NCBI GenBank assembly: GCA_030649025.1
Contig: JAUSGO010000016.1
Coordinates: 4,851-68,850 of the forward strand
Length of the DNA: 64,000 nt
Reading direction: 5' to 3'
From: a bacterium
GTDB lineage: Bacteria > Patescibacteriota > Minisyncoccia > JAUYLV01
In this document: in pieces, positions 18,593 to 27,862 of the stretch
Position numbering within the stretch: position 1 is the stretch's first letter
Layout of the letters: each line of letters begins with the position of its first letter
Notes under the pieces: model-generated
Databases searched by the model: none
What the model was told of the DNA's origin: nothing
The model's input: only the letters and a program-made list of their open reading frames with translations
Program-made: the position numbers and the translations under genes

Positions 18593-21526
18593 CTACTCCA
18601 CCTCTCTCCATTTCTGTATCACCCAGCTTGCGCCAGGACCCGAGGAGAACTGCGCATTGGCCAAGCCCTGTTGATAGGTGATGGTTGCCGTCTGACTTAA
18701 TTGAAGCTTATACGATGTAAGTTCCGTTGCCGAGACGCCATTATGAAGATAGATGAGGCCGCTGGACGCATAAAAAATTGCTCCATCGGCGTTGTTGAGC
18801 AGGTCGATAGCCGAATCGTGGTCGGTACAATTGCCTGCCGGCACGCCCGTACATGAAGAGGTGGTGAGCAACATCAAATAACTGCCGCTCTGCCCCGAAC
18901 CCCGAAAAGTACCGTTGTTGGCAACATGTATCCATTCGTCGGCAAGCACCGCTCCGCTCAACGAACCGTATCCCGCATCAAGCTGAATGGTCGAGCCGTT
19001 CGAAATATCAATGTATCCTTGCACATACACCGTGCCCTTGATGGTAAGCACCACGTTGTTTGTCGTGAGGATGAGATTGCCGTTGATGACCTTCGGACCA
19101 AGCGACGTGGAGGATCCCGGAGCGAAGTCTCCATTATACGTTCCGCCGCTAGCAGCATCCAGCTTCCACTGGTCGATCTGCCCCTGGGAAATAGGCATGT
19201 TTTGCGGAGGGGGATCTGCGGGAGGCGTGGTGGGCGTGGTGGTAACGCCGTTCACCGTACAGTTGCTGATACTATTATACGCCGCATCGCCCCCGATAGG
19301 CGAGGAACAATCCTCCAAGACATCCGTAAAAACGTCTCCGACGGCAGAGCTGTCAATAAAGATGGTGCTAAAAGCGCTGGAGGTGACGGTACTATTCTCA
19401 ATGCGGTGGGCATGCGCGTTTCCTCCGATATCCACGTTATCGATCTTTGTTTCTATGCCTCCCATGAATATTTGAAAATTGAGATCTCCGCCCGCATCCG
19501 TCCACACCGGACTTCCGGCATTCCAGCTCGGAGACCATTTGCCAAGACCGTAGGGATACCCATTCATCGTATCAATGCCCATCACCCAGTAATTTGAGTT
19601 ATCCTGGTTCGTATCAATAAGGAGCCAGTAGGTGGTGCCGGCGGTAAGCACGGGAGATGTAGCGAATGTCACATCGACCCAGGCGTAGGCTCCTGTCGCA
19701 AGATTTGCCGAAAGCGTTCCTGAAGCAAGCACGTCTCCGGGATTTTTCCCCGGGTCAGACCCGCTATTTGTGTTTATCTGCACTGTCGCATTCTGTGGAG
19801 AGCCGACTTTTCTGATATAGAGACGTATTTTGTTTATCGGCGCGGAGGTTGATGTTTGGAAGCTTTGCGCGATATCAACCTGGCTTTGGAGCGGCGTGCA
19901 GTTCGCATTGGCGCATCGGACAAAATTGAGATTATCTCCCGAAGCATCATTATACGAAGCGCGCCCAAATCCGTCCGAGCCCAGCGCAAGCGAGGTATAA
20001 AGACCCGTGTCGCCCGACGTGTCCGGAACCGCAATGGCTTTTGTTGAACAATCGGCATCGGTGCATCTGACGAATTTTATACTGCCGTTTGAGCCGTCGT
20101 AGGAGGTGATGCGGGCAAAGTCGTCTCCGCCCATCTTAATGGAACTGTACCGGCCCACATCACCACCGGAGTCCACGGCTGTAAGCACGCTGCCGGAACA
20201 ATTGTCATTCGTACAGCGGGCGAATTTCAGATTGTCGCTTGTATCGTCATAGTAGCTGATGCGCGCAAAGCCGTCCGTGCCAAGCGCAACAGAGGTGTGC
20301 CACGCGATCTCCGAAGCTGCATCCACGATGGCAATAATCGGGGAAGAGCAGTTGTTGTCGTTACAACGAGCGAATTTTAGGTCGTCAAGTGTCTGGTCAA
20401 TATAACTTATACGCGCCACGTTGTCCGAGCCAAGGACAAGAGCGGTGTACGTTCCCACATCATCTGCGGTATCGACCGCTCGAATGTTATTTGTGGTGCA
20501 ATCCACATCGATACATCGCGCAAATTTGAGATCGCCGTCGCTTACGCTGTAATACGCGATGGAAGCGAGATCGCCCGCATCAAGCACTATCGATGAAAAT
20601 TGCCCTACATCTCCGGTCGAATCCACCGTAGTGATATTCTTGGCTGTGCAGTCGGCGTTGGTGCAGCGGACGAATTTCAAGTTGCCGCCGGAATTATCAT
20701 AGTAGCTGATGCGCGCAAAACCGTCAGAGCCCAGAGCCAGCGAAGAGAATTGGCCTACGTCTCCGGAAGATTCAACAACCGTGATGTTCTTCGCGGTGCA
20801 GTCGACGTTGGTGCAGCGGACGAATTCAAGATCTTTGTCACTGTTGTCGTAGTCATAGTAGCTGATACGCGCAAAACCGTCAGAGCCCAGAGCTAGCGAA
20901 CTATGCTGTCCTGTCTTACCCGCCGTATCCACCGCGGTAACAACACTCCCCGTGGCAAGTCCAAAGAAAAAATCATCGTTATATGTTGTCCACTCCTGAT
21001 TGGGCGTACTTTGCGTGCCTCCAGCAACCCATGCGTCTCCTGTAATTTGGGCGCCCGCAAGTCCCGTAATATTCCCGTTTGAGTAGACATTGCCTACGAC
21101 CTTGCTGTTATTTTCCATAATAAGTCCCCCGTCACCGACCTGTACGCCGTAGTGGAATTCGACATCGGACGTGTTTTTGATAAGTCGCGCGGTAAGCCGC
21201 CTAATGTACGATGAAATATCTCCGGTTGAGGTGACGGACACATCGTTCCCGCCACCACCCGAAATGGTGACAACCGTACCGCCATTAAGCGCAAATGTCT
21301 CGCTTGAACTGTAGTTTTTGGCGAATTTTATGCGGTAGAGCACGTCCTCGAGACCCGATTCGCTTGTTACAATACTTTTAAGTGAACTGATCGTCTTGCG
21401 CGCGATGCGCTCATCGTTAAGCGACGAGAGTACCATAAGCGCCACCACAAAAAGCGAGACGGCAAATACAAGGATAATGATGGTTAATGACGCAAACCCA
21501 TTTCTTTTCTCCAAATCAATTACCAC
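18593..21526 (-). CDS. Giant PilX-like minor pilin / adhesin with a 7-repeat beta-propeller insert
   Basis: NG^FASLTII (no Glu5, as in PilX/GspK); seven ~49-aa repeats GDVGQFSSLALGSDGFARISYYD...LKFVRCTNADC; C-terminal beta-helix-like region ending WREVE. Confidence 0.78.
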   Translation of the reverse strand: MVIDLEKRNGFASLTIIILVFAVSLFVVALMVLSSLNDERIARKTISSLKSIVTSESGLEDVLYRIKFAKNYSSSETFALNGGTVVTISGGGGNDVSVTSTGDISSYIRRLTARLIKNTSDVEFHYGVQVGDGGLIMENNSKVVGNVYSNGNITGLAGAQITGDAWVAGGTQSTPNQEWTTYNDDFFFGLATGSVVTAVDTAGKTGQHSSLALGSDGFARISYYDYDNSDKDLEFVRCTNVDCTAKNITVVESSGDVGQFSSLALGSDGFARISYYDNSGGNLKFVRCTNADCTAKNITTVDSTGDVGQFSSIVLDAGDLASIAYYSVSDGDLKFARCIDVDCTTNNIRAVDTADDVGTYTALVLGSDNVARISYIDQTLDDLKFARCNDNNCSSPIIAIVDAASEIAWHTSVALGTDGFARISYYDDTSDNLKFARCTNDNCSGSVLTAVDSGGDVGRYSSIKMGGDDFARITSYDGSNGSIKFVRCTDADCSTKAIAVPDTSGDTGLYTSLALGSDGFGRASYNDASGDNLNFVRCANANCTPLQSQVDIAQSFQTSTSAPINKIRLYIRKVGSPQNATVQINTNSGSDPGKNPGDVLASGTLSANLATGAYAWVDVTFATSPVLTAGTTYWLLIDTNQDNSNYWVMGIDTMNGYPYGLGKWSPSWNAGSPVWTDAGGDLNFQIFMGGIETKIDNVDIGGNAHAHRIENSTVTSSAFSTIFIDSSAVGDVFTDVLEDCSSPIGGDAAYNSISNCTVNGVTTTPTTPPADPPPQNMPISQGQIDQWKLDAASGGTYNGDFAPGSSTSLGPKVINGNLILTTNNVVLTIKGTVYVQGYIDISNGSTIQLDAGYGSLSGAVLADEWIHVANNGTFRGSGQSGSYLMLLTTSSCTGVPAGNCTDHDSAIDLLNNADGAIFYASSGLIYLHNGVSATELTSYKLQLSQTATITYQQGLANAQFSSGPGASWVIQKWREVE

Positions 21527-21607
21527 AATTTGCGAATTGCGGATTGCGGATTGCGGATTGAATTTCTGATAAATCCGTAATACGTAATACGTAATTCAGT
21601 AATTTGC

Positions 21608-22198
21608 TCAATATCTGCGGAGTGTGACGGTCGTGGTTGCCGCAAATAAATCATTCTCGGATCCGCGAGAGAAGCGATGATGCGCGGAAAGCCCCACCCG
21701 CAGCGACTCCGACGTAGTTACCGGGTTAAGACGCACGATGCGGAACCCGTCTACCGTCACGCGATCGCTCGTAAGCGCTTTTGCATTCTCCGATTCTCGT
21801 TTTATGAACAATCTTCCGTTGTCAATATAAAAATCCACAAACGCTATGTCTTCCCCGGCCGGAGGGTTAATCGTTGTCTGCAGGGAGAGTTGAGACATAT
21901 TTGAATTAAAGATGCTTGTGGGAGCATAGACTGCGCTGGCGAACTTTCCTTCATACAGCATTGTATCCAGAGCGACGGCAACGCTTGAGACGACTTCGCG
22001 CGAACGCGCACTTTTATAGCCACCGGTCAGCAGTTGCACCACCAAACCCACAATAAGCACAGAAAGCATGAGAAAGAGTGCCAAATAAATGAGAATTTCG
22101 TAGAGCGTGAAACCCTTCTGTTGTTCGTTATACAACATGCTGCGCATAACGTTTATGGCGCGTCCTGTTTGCGGAACTTTTGATTTTTGCTGTATCAT
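21608..22198 (-). CDS. Type IV pilin-like protein (PilW-like)
   Basis: KG^FTLYEILIYLALF; C-terminal TTTVTLRRY; start 22198 or 22138. Confidence 0.78.
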   Translation of the reverse strand: MIQQKSKVPQTGRAINVMRSMLYNEQQKGFTLYEILIYLALFLMLSVLIVGLVVQLLTGGYKSARSREVVSSVAVALDTMLYEGKFASAVYAPTSIFNSNMSQLSLQTTINPPAGEDIAFVDFYIDNGRLFIKRESENAKALTSDRVTVDGFRIVRLNPVTTSESLRVGLSAHHRFSRGSENDLFAATTTVTLRRY

Positions 22199-22280
22199 TT
22201 TGATCTTTTGGTTATCTTTGTAGTATACCACGCGCACCTGGCTTATTCACAAGTAAAATTTTTCGTGTATACTATGCACC

Positions 22281-22778
22281 ATGCTCATTGGCGTACACAT
22301 TATCGTGGCTTCGGGGTTGGGTTCTCTGACGGAAAATCCCGCGATAGCCTTTGCCTTGGGAATTGCGAGCCATTTCATCGGAGACAAGATCCCCCATTGG
22401 GAATACTCTATTGCGCCTCTCGACGAGCTCAAACGCAAGTCCGTCGGCGAGAAACTTAGGACATGCCTGAAAAAAGATGTTTTTCGCGTATTGAGCTTCA
22501 TCGGGCTTGAAATCGGCGGCGCATTTGTGCTGGTTTTTGCGATAGTTCATTACGTTGCTCCGCAAGCTCATTTTCTTCCTGTTCTTGCGGGAGGATTTGG
22601 CGGCCTTCTGCCGGACGTACTCTGGGGGTTTGCCGATAATTCCAAAAACAAAATCCTTCAAGCCTATCGTCGCCTCCATCACGCCTCGCATACTAAAGCC
22701 GAGAATGTATCCCTTCGCCACGGCCTCATCTGGCAACTTGCCGCCGTAGCCATAGCCATTATTCTCCTGGACCGCTAA
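22281..22778 (+). CDS. Membrane protein, putative metal-dependent hydrolase
   Basis: Multiple TM segments with H...SHFIGDKIPH, LLPD and HHASH motifs; TATACT 7 nt upstream of ATG. Confidence 0.65.
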   Translation: MLIGVHIIVASGLGSLTENPAIAFALGIASHFIGDKIPHWEYSIAPLDELKRKSVGEKLRTCLKKDVFRVLSFIGLEIGGAFVLVFAIVHYVAPQAHFLPVLAGGFGGLLPDVLWGFADNSKNKILQAYRRLHHASHTKAENVSLRHGLIWQLAAVAIAIILLDR

Positions 22779-22814
22779 GATCCTTCCCGAAAAACTCTCA
22801 ACATGCATTCTATC

Positions 22815-22842
22815 AAAAAGCTCCGACGACCTCGGAGCTTTT
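22815..22842. terminator. Bidirectional terminator
   Basis: AAAAAGCTCCGA-cgacc-TCGGAGCTTTT between convergent genes. Confidence 0.75.
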
Positions 22843-22862
22843 CCGTATTATTGTCTACGATT

Positions 22863-24143
22863 CTACAGTTTAAGAAGCTTTCGAAATCCATTTTCCTCTT
22901 TTTGTTCAAATGGCCCCAACAGCACCCCGTTTAGACCGCTATTCTTGAAAATCTCTCCGGCTATACTTTGAACATCTGAGAAGCTGACCCTTTTGATACG
23001 TTCAATGATCTCATCCGGTTTACGAATCTGCTCCCGAACCGCTTCCTGCTCCCCAGCAAAAAACGCAAGCTCATCGGACGATTCCAGTCCCAGAAGAAGT
23101 TTTCCTTCCAGATAGTTTTTTGCCTTGCCGAGCTCATCTTCTCTCACGCCTTCATCGACTATTTTTTTATACTCCGCCAAAATAATACCCATCGCCTCCC
23201 CTGTCGCGTCTTTCTGCACGCCCACTTGCGTCACAAAATATCCCGAATCCGTGTAGAGATCGGATGTGGTTTGCACCGAGTAGGCAAGTCCGCGCTTTTC
23301 CCGTATCTCGGTGAATAGCCTGGAAGACGTCCCGCCGCCAAGAATGGTTGCAAGCACAGACAGCGCGTAGCGTTTTTCAGAGAACATGTCGCAGGAACGC
23401 ACGCCCACCATAAGATGCGTCTGTTCGGTCTGTTTGGAATGCAAGAGGAACTTCGGTTCGTCTTGCGTTTCTACAACCTTCGGCTTTGTTCCGGCTTGGC
23501 GATCGGAAAGGCCTCCAAAATATTTTTCCACGGTTTTTCCGATATTTTTTTCGTCAAATTTCCCCGATACGACCACGGTCGTGTTAGGGGCGGTGTAGTG
23601 CCCAGAAAGATATTCGGTAAAATCTTCCCTTCTCATGCGCGTGATATTCTCTTTTTCCCCGGCGATGGTCCAGCCGGCAGGTATATCACCGTACAAAAGC
23701 TTTTCCCACAGATCGCCGATATGCTGCATGGGCGTGTCCAGATGTATGTTGATCTCCTCAATAATAACACCACGCTCTTTTTCTATCTCTTCCTGTAAAA
23801 AAAGAGAGTGCTGGTAACTGTCGGAAAGCATGTCCAGTGCAAGTTCCAAATGTTCATCTGCGGCCTTCACGTAATAGCCGGTGTACTCCTTGCTCGTGAA
23901 CGCGTTATACTCGCTGCCGATGGAGTCCAGAAGCGTAGAGATGGTAAGCGCCGAGGGGCGCTTTTTCGTTCCCTTGAACATCATGTGCTCCAAAAAATGC
24001 GCTACGCCATTTGTTTCCTTGGTCTCATATTTAGACCCCGCGCCGACCATGACCAATGCGGTTACCGCCCGCGTGGTGTCCATGGGGATGGTAATAAGCC
24101 GAAGACCGTTTTTGAGAATAGCTTTGTTGAACATGATACTCAC
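22863..24143 (-). CDS. M16 family (pitrilysin-like) zinc peptidase
   Basis: Inverted zinc motif HFLEH, NAFTSKEYT, SSRLFTEIREKRGLAY. Confidence 0.92.
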   Translation of the reverse strand: MSIMFNKAILKNGLRLITIPMDTTRAVTALVMVGAGSKYETKETNGVAHFLEHMMFKGTKKRPSALTISTLLDSIGSEYNAFTSKEYTGYYVKAADEHLELALDMLSDSYQHSLFLQEEIEKERGVIIEEINIHLDTPMQHIGDLWEKLLYGDIPAGWTIAGEKENITRMRREDFTEYLSGHYTAPNTTVVVSGKFDEKNIGKTVEKYFGGLSDRQAGTKPKVVETQDEPKFLLHSKQTEQTHLMVGVRSCDMFSEKRYALSVLATILGGGTSSRLFTEIREKRGLAYSVQTTSDLYTDSGYFVTQVGVQKDATGEAMGIILAEYKKIVDEGVREDELGKAKNYLEGKLLLGLESSDELAFFAGEQEAVREQIRKPDEIIERIKRVSFSDVQSIAGEIFKNSGLNGVLLGPFEQKEENGFRKLLKL

Positions 24144-25474
24144 GCGAGCTTCTTTACGAGTAGTGCCTCAAGCTCCGCGATCTTCACCCGTTCCTGTTTC
24201 ATCGTATCCCGGTCGCGTAGAGTCACGGTTTTGTCCTCAAGCGACTGAAAATCGACGGTGATGCAAAAAGGAGTGCCTATTTCATCCTGCGCAAAGTATC
24301 GCTTTCCTACATTGCCACGTGGGTCCCAGGCCACCATGAAGTTTTTACGCAGACCGTCATACACAGACCGCGCAAGCTCCACTAGCTGGGGTTTATTTGC
24401 AAGAAGCGGGAAAACAGCGACTTTATACGGCGCAAGTTTCGGTGGGAGTTTCAGCCAAACACGTTTTTTATCTCCCTCGGAATCTTCTCGGTATGCGTCA
24501 ATCAAGGCCGCAAGCACCGAGCGGTCCACACCCCATGTCGGCTCGATCACATGCGGCCAAGAAGTCTGTCCCGTTTCCGCATCGCGATACGGCGCTTCTT
24601 TAAAATGATTCTTCAAATCAAAATCTCCCCGATAAGCAAGACCGTAAAGTTCGTCCCGTCCGAAAGGATAGTCATACTCAAAGTCTATGGTGCGCTTTGA
24701 ATAATGTGCGCGCTCACCATCCGGAACTTCAAGTTCGTGGATATGGCTATCCGCAAGCCCCAGATCATCCGTCATCCAGCTCCACATCTCTTTTTTCCAT
24801 GCTTCAAACCATTTCTTCCAATCTTTCTCTTCGACAAAGTATTCTATTTCCATCTGCTCAAATTCCCTGGTTCGGAAAATGAAATTTCCCGGCGTGATTT
24901 CATTGCGAAATGCTTTGCCGGTCTGTGCTATGCCGAACGGAAGGTGCCTGCGCGTCGTGTCCAACACCTGTTTAAAATCAACGAACATGGCCTGTGCCGT
25001 CTCGGGACGGAAAAAGACCTCGTTCGCTTTCTCTTCCGCGGGACCCAAAAATGTTTTGAGCATTAGGTTGAATTGGGTGGGGTCCGTGAAACTTTTCTCC
25101 GCATCGCAATTCGGACACTTTAACTCTCCCCGCTTCCGTTGGTGCAGGAGAAGATGGTCCACGCGAAATCGCGCGTGGCACTTTTTACATTCCACCAACG
25201 GGTCGGAGAAGTTCTGCAGATGCCCGCTTGCCTCCCACACTTTCGGATTCATGATAAGCGCCGCGTCAATGCCCACCATATCGTCTCGACGCTGAACAAA
25301 GCGTTTCCACCAAAGTTGCTTGATGTTATTTTTCAACTCTACCCCCATCGGGCCGTAATCCCAGGAATTAGCAAGTCCTCCATATATTTCACTTCCTGGA
25401 AAGACAAATCCCCGCCTTTTTGCAAGACTGGCGATCTTCGCCATGAGATCGTTTTGTTGTTCAGATTTTTTCAT
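24140..25474 (-). CDS. glyQS: Glycine--tRNA ligase, alpha2 type
   Basis: RPETAQ, FRNEITPGNFIFRTREFEQME, VIEPTWGVDR, DEIGTPFCITVD. Confidence 0.95.
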   Translation of the reverse strand: MKKSEQQNDLMAKIASLAKRRGFVFPGSEIYGGLANSWDYGPMGVELKNNIKQLWWKRFVQRRDDMVGIDAALIMNPKVWEASGHLQNFSDPLVECKKCHARFRVDHLLLHQRKRGELKCPNCDAEKSFTDPTQFNLMLKTFLGPAEEKANEVFFRPETAQAMFVDFKQVLDTTRRHLPFGIAQTGKAFRNEITPGNFIFRTREFEQMEIEYFVEEKDWKKWFEAWKKEMWSWMTDDLGLADSHIHELEVPDGERAHYSKRTIDFEYDYPFGRDELYGLAYRGDFDLKNHFKEAPYRDAETGQTSWPHVIEPTWGVDRSVLAALIDAYREDSEGDKKRVWLKLPPKLAPYKVAVFPLLANKPQLVELARSVYDGLRKNFMVAWDPRGNVGKRYFAQDEIGTPFCITVDFQSLEDKTVTLRDRDTMKQERVKIAELEALLVKKLA

Positions 25475-25505
25475 AGTCCAAGATATCCAAGCAGGAGACA
25501 ACGAA

Positions 25506-27236
25506 TTAAGGTATCACTATTCCAAAAGCTCTATCGTTGGCAATATCGTCAGACAACTGATCGGTTCGGATGGCCTGGATGTCGGCGGTAAGTTGTCGTC
25601 CCGTGAACGAGTCAACCGCACTTAGCAGGGAAGCGCGTATCAGCTCAACGGACTTGCCAACTTGAGTTGTGGAGGGAATGACCGAAACCTGAAAGACCGT
25701 CTCAAAAGCCGGCTGGGTAATGCCGGTATTCGCCGGAACTCTAGGGATGAACCATATCACCTCTCCCGTCGCTTCGTTAAACGAAGGCTTCGCATCGGTA
25801 TAACGGCTTACGGCTTCCCCGGTTCCCATAACGCCGGAGGGAAGCGTAGAACGCACTTCAACATTTTCAAGATCATTTGCCGGAACAGAGACGCGCCAAT
25901 GAATCGTATAACGGGTTTCCGTGTTTGCCTTTGGGGGCAGGGGCCCAAAATTCACAATTCCCGATGAATCGTCTTTATAATATGCCACTGCCTCAAGTTC
26001 CGCACGCGTCTCAATTTTTATCTCCAGTAACGAAGATGACGATATCTTGTTCAGCGCAAGATATGGAGGAACATTAATGCTTTCTATGGTTACAATAACG
26101 CGCGCCGTAAAATTCGTATCTTCGGCGCTCGAAATCGGAAAAGCATCTTTAAGAGCCACGCGTAATGTTAGAAAATATTTTTCCCCAGGGTTCAAGAACA
26201 GCAATTCCTTAACATTTTGGGGATTCCAGATAACGATGTTGCGCGTGCTGTCGAAAAAACCGCGTTCGGCGCTAAGCCCTTTGAAAGAAAACAAAGAGCT
26301 TGCAAGCTCCGCGCGCAATACCACGTCCTTTAAGGGAACTTCAGCATTATTCTGATACCCAATTTTCATCGTAAGCATCTCTCCTAGGTGCGCGATATGA
26401 TCGGGATGGTCCTGTAGTTCAATCGTCACGGAAAGCGGCGGTGGAGAGATGATCGTGTCGAAAAAACTTTCTTGATAAGGAGAAAACTTTCCGTCGCGCA
26501 CAAAACCGATCTCGGCTTTTACTTTTTTCGCGTCACCCTCTTCTCCGTCCAGTGTCCCGGAAACTGCGATCCGCCCCTTGCCAAGCACTGCCACTTCACC
26601 GATATCCCATACATCTTCTTCGTAAGTCGGCGCGGGTTCGGCACTTGAAAACAAAAAGCCGTCGGGATAGTGCATCCGTATGCGTGTCTCGGCAAAAGCG
26701 TGGGGGGCAAGATTCTCGTACGTAAGAAAATAAACGATGTGTTCTCCGGCCACCGCGCGCTGAGGAACCACGAGATTTAGAAAAAATGCGGCATCGGCAA
26801 TGCGGATAACCGCGTCTGTTTTTTTACGGAACACGACACCCCCGGCGCTTTTATACGTGAGTTCTGCGCTTGAACGCATCACGCTGTTTTTTGTTCCGAT
26901 GACTCGTGCGGTAAATGTATACGAATACTCTTTGTTGGGCTGCAGAGTCCCCAAGGATACGTTTTTGATAAGCTGATCCGGATTCTCAAGAGGAATCGAA
27001 TTTTCTGGATAACGGAAAAAGAGCTCCGCCTCCTGAAGCGGTATGCCCGTGCCATTTTTGTAAGAAACAAGAAATGACACCTCGTCTCCGCTGGTTATGG
27101 CTTCCGGGACCGAGAGACCCAAAACAACTTCTGCCGCTCCTCTTGTCCCCTCCTGGCGAAGCACATAAAAAAGGCCCGCGACAGCCCCGCCAAGAATAAG
27201 AACAAAAAGAATGATGAGATAGACGTATTTGGACAT
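25506..27236 (-). CDS. Membrane-anchored multi-Ig-like (DUF11-like) surface protein
   Basis: N-terminal TM; repeated G....Y...Y.N....L...P.G...W beta-sandwich units. Confidence 0.65.
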   Translation of the reverse strand: MSKYVYLIILFVLILGGAVAGLFYVLRQEGTRGAAEVVLGLSVPEAITSGDEVSFLVSYKNGTGIPLQEAELFFRYPENSIPLENPDQLIKNVSLGTLQPNKEYSYTFTARVIGTKNSVMRSSAELTYKSAGGVVFRKKTDAVIRIADAAFFLNLVVPQRAVAGEHIVYFLTYENLAPHAFAETRIRMHYPDGFLFSSAEPAPTYEEDVWDIGEVAVLGKGRIAVSGTLDGEEGDAKKVKAEIGFVRDGKFSPYQESFFDTIISPPPLSVTIELQDHPDHIAHLGEMLTMKIGYQNNAEVPLKDVVLRAELASSLFSFKGLSAERGFFDSTRNIVIWNPQNVKELLFLNPGEKYFLTLRVALKDAFPISSAEDTNFTARVIVTIESINVPPYLALNKISSSSLLEIKIETRAELEAVAYYKDDSSGIVNFGPLPPKANTETRYTIHWRVSVPANDLENVEVRSTLPSGVMGTGEAVSRYTDAKPSFNEATGEVIWFIPRVPANTGITQPAFETVFQVSVIPSTTQVGKSVELIRASLLSAVDSFTGRQLTADIQAIRTDQLSDDIANDRAFGIVIP

Positions 27237-27274
27237 GCTCCCAGTATACTATTTCTCACCGGAAATCCAAAACT

Positions 27275-27862
27275 TCAATCTGATGGCACCGGCGCAGCAA
27301 GATGTTTCAGCCCCTTCGCCATAGCAACAAACTGCGGTCCTAAAATATCCGTGTGCAGAAGTAGTCCGTCGTACGTCTGCAAAGAAGACTTCTTACAACT
27401 ATCGGCTAAATAGCCAAGGCACTTGAGAAACCGCCGCGCGAATCTTTCAAGAATGTCATGGAAATCTGCATGGACGGCTTCTCTTGCTCCTGCGAGTTCC
27501 TCAAGCGTTGTAAAAAGCAACTCCCAAAGCGCCACATCAACCGCGTGTGGGTAGAGATACGTATCATACATATTCGCAACACCCTCTCCGAGGTATGCAA
27601 TCTCTGTATGCGTACGCAATGCCGAAAACGTCTTATGCGACATGGCGTCAATGAGCACGCCTCTTCCGTGGTTTTTCGCGATCATAAATTCGCCATGCGT
27701 CAAAAGTTCCAGATGCCCCCTGAGCTTCGATTTTTCATGCCGAACTCCGCGCGCAACCGCCTCAACCTTGCCGTTATGCGGCGTATAAAACGAAATTAGG
27801 CGATCCGCATCGCCCCAGTTTTCATGACCTATGACAATTCCTTCAAATCTCGATTCGTGCAT
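27275..27862 (-). CDS. recO: DNA repair protein RecO
   Basis: GDADRLISFYT..GKVEAVARGVR..KSKLRGHLE. Confidence 0.85.
   Translation of the reverse strand: MHESRFEGIVIGHENWGDADRLISFYTPHNGKVEAVARGVRHEKSKLRGHLELLTHGEFMIAKNHGRGVLIDAMSHKTFSALRTHTEIAYLGEGVANMYDTYLYPHAVDVALWELLFTTLEELAGAREAVHADFHDILERFARRFLKCLGYLADSCKKSSLQTYDGLLLHTDILGPQFVAMAKGLKHLAAPVPSD

Noticed and set aside
19895-20945. Diversity-generating retroelement TR/VR pair
   Set aside because: The repeats are in-frame protein blades, differences are not adenine-specific, and no reverse transcriptase is in the window.
22272-22808. Minus-strand 178-aa ORF
   Set aside because: The plus-strand ORF has His/Asp motifs, TM segments, a promoter and a terminator.
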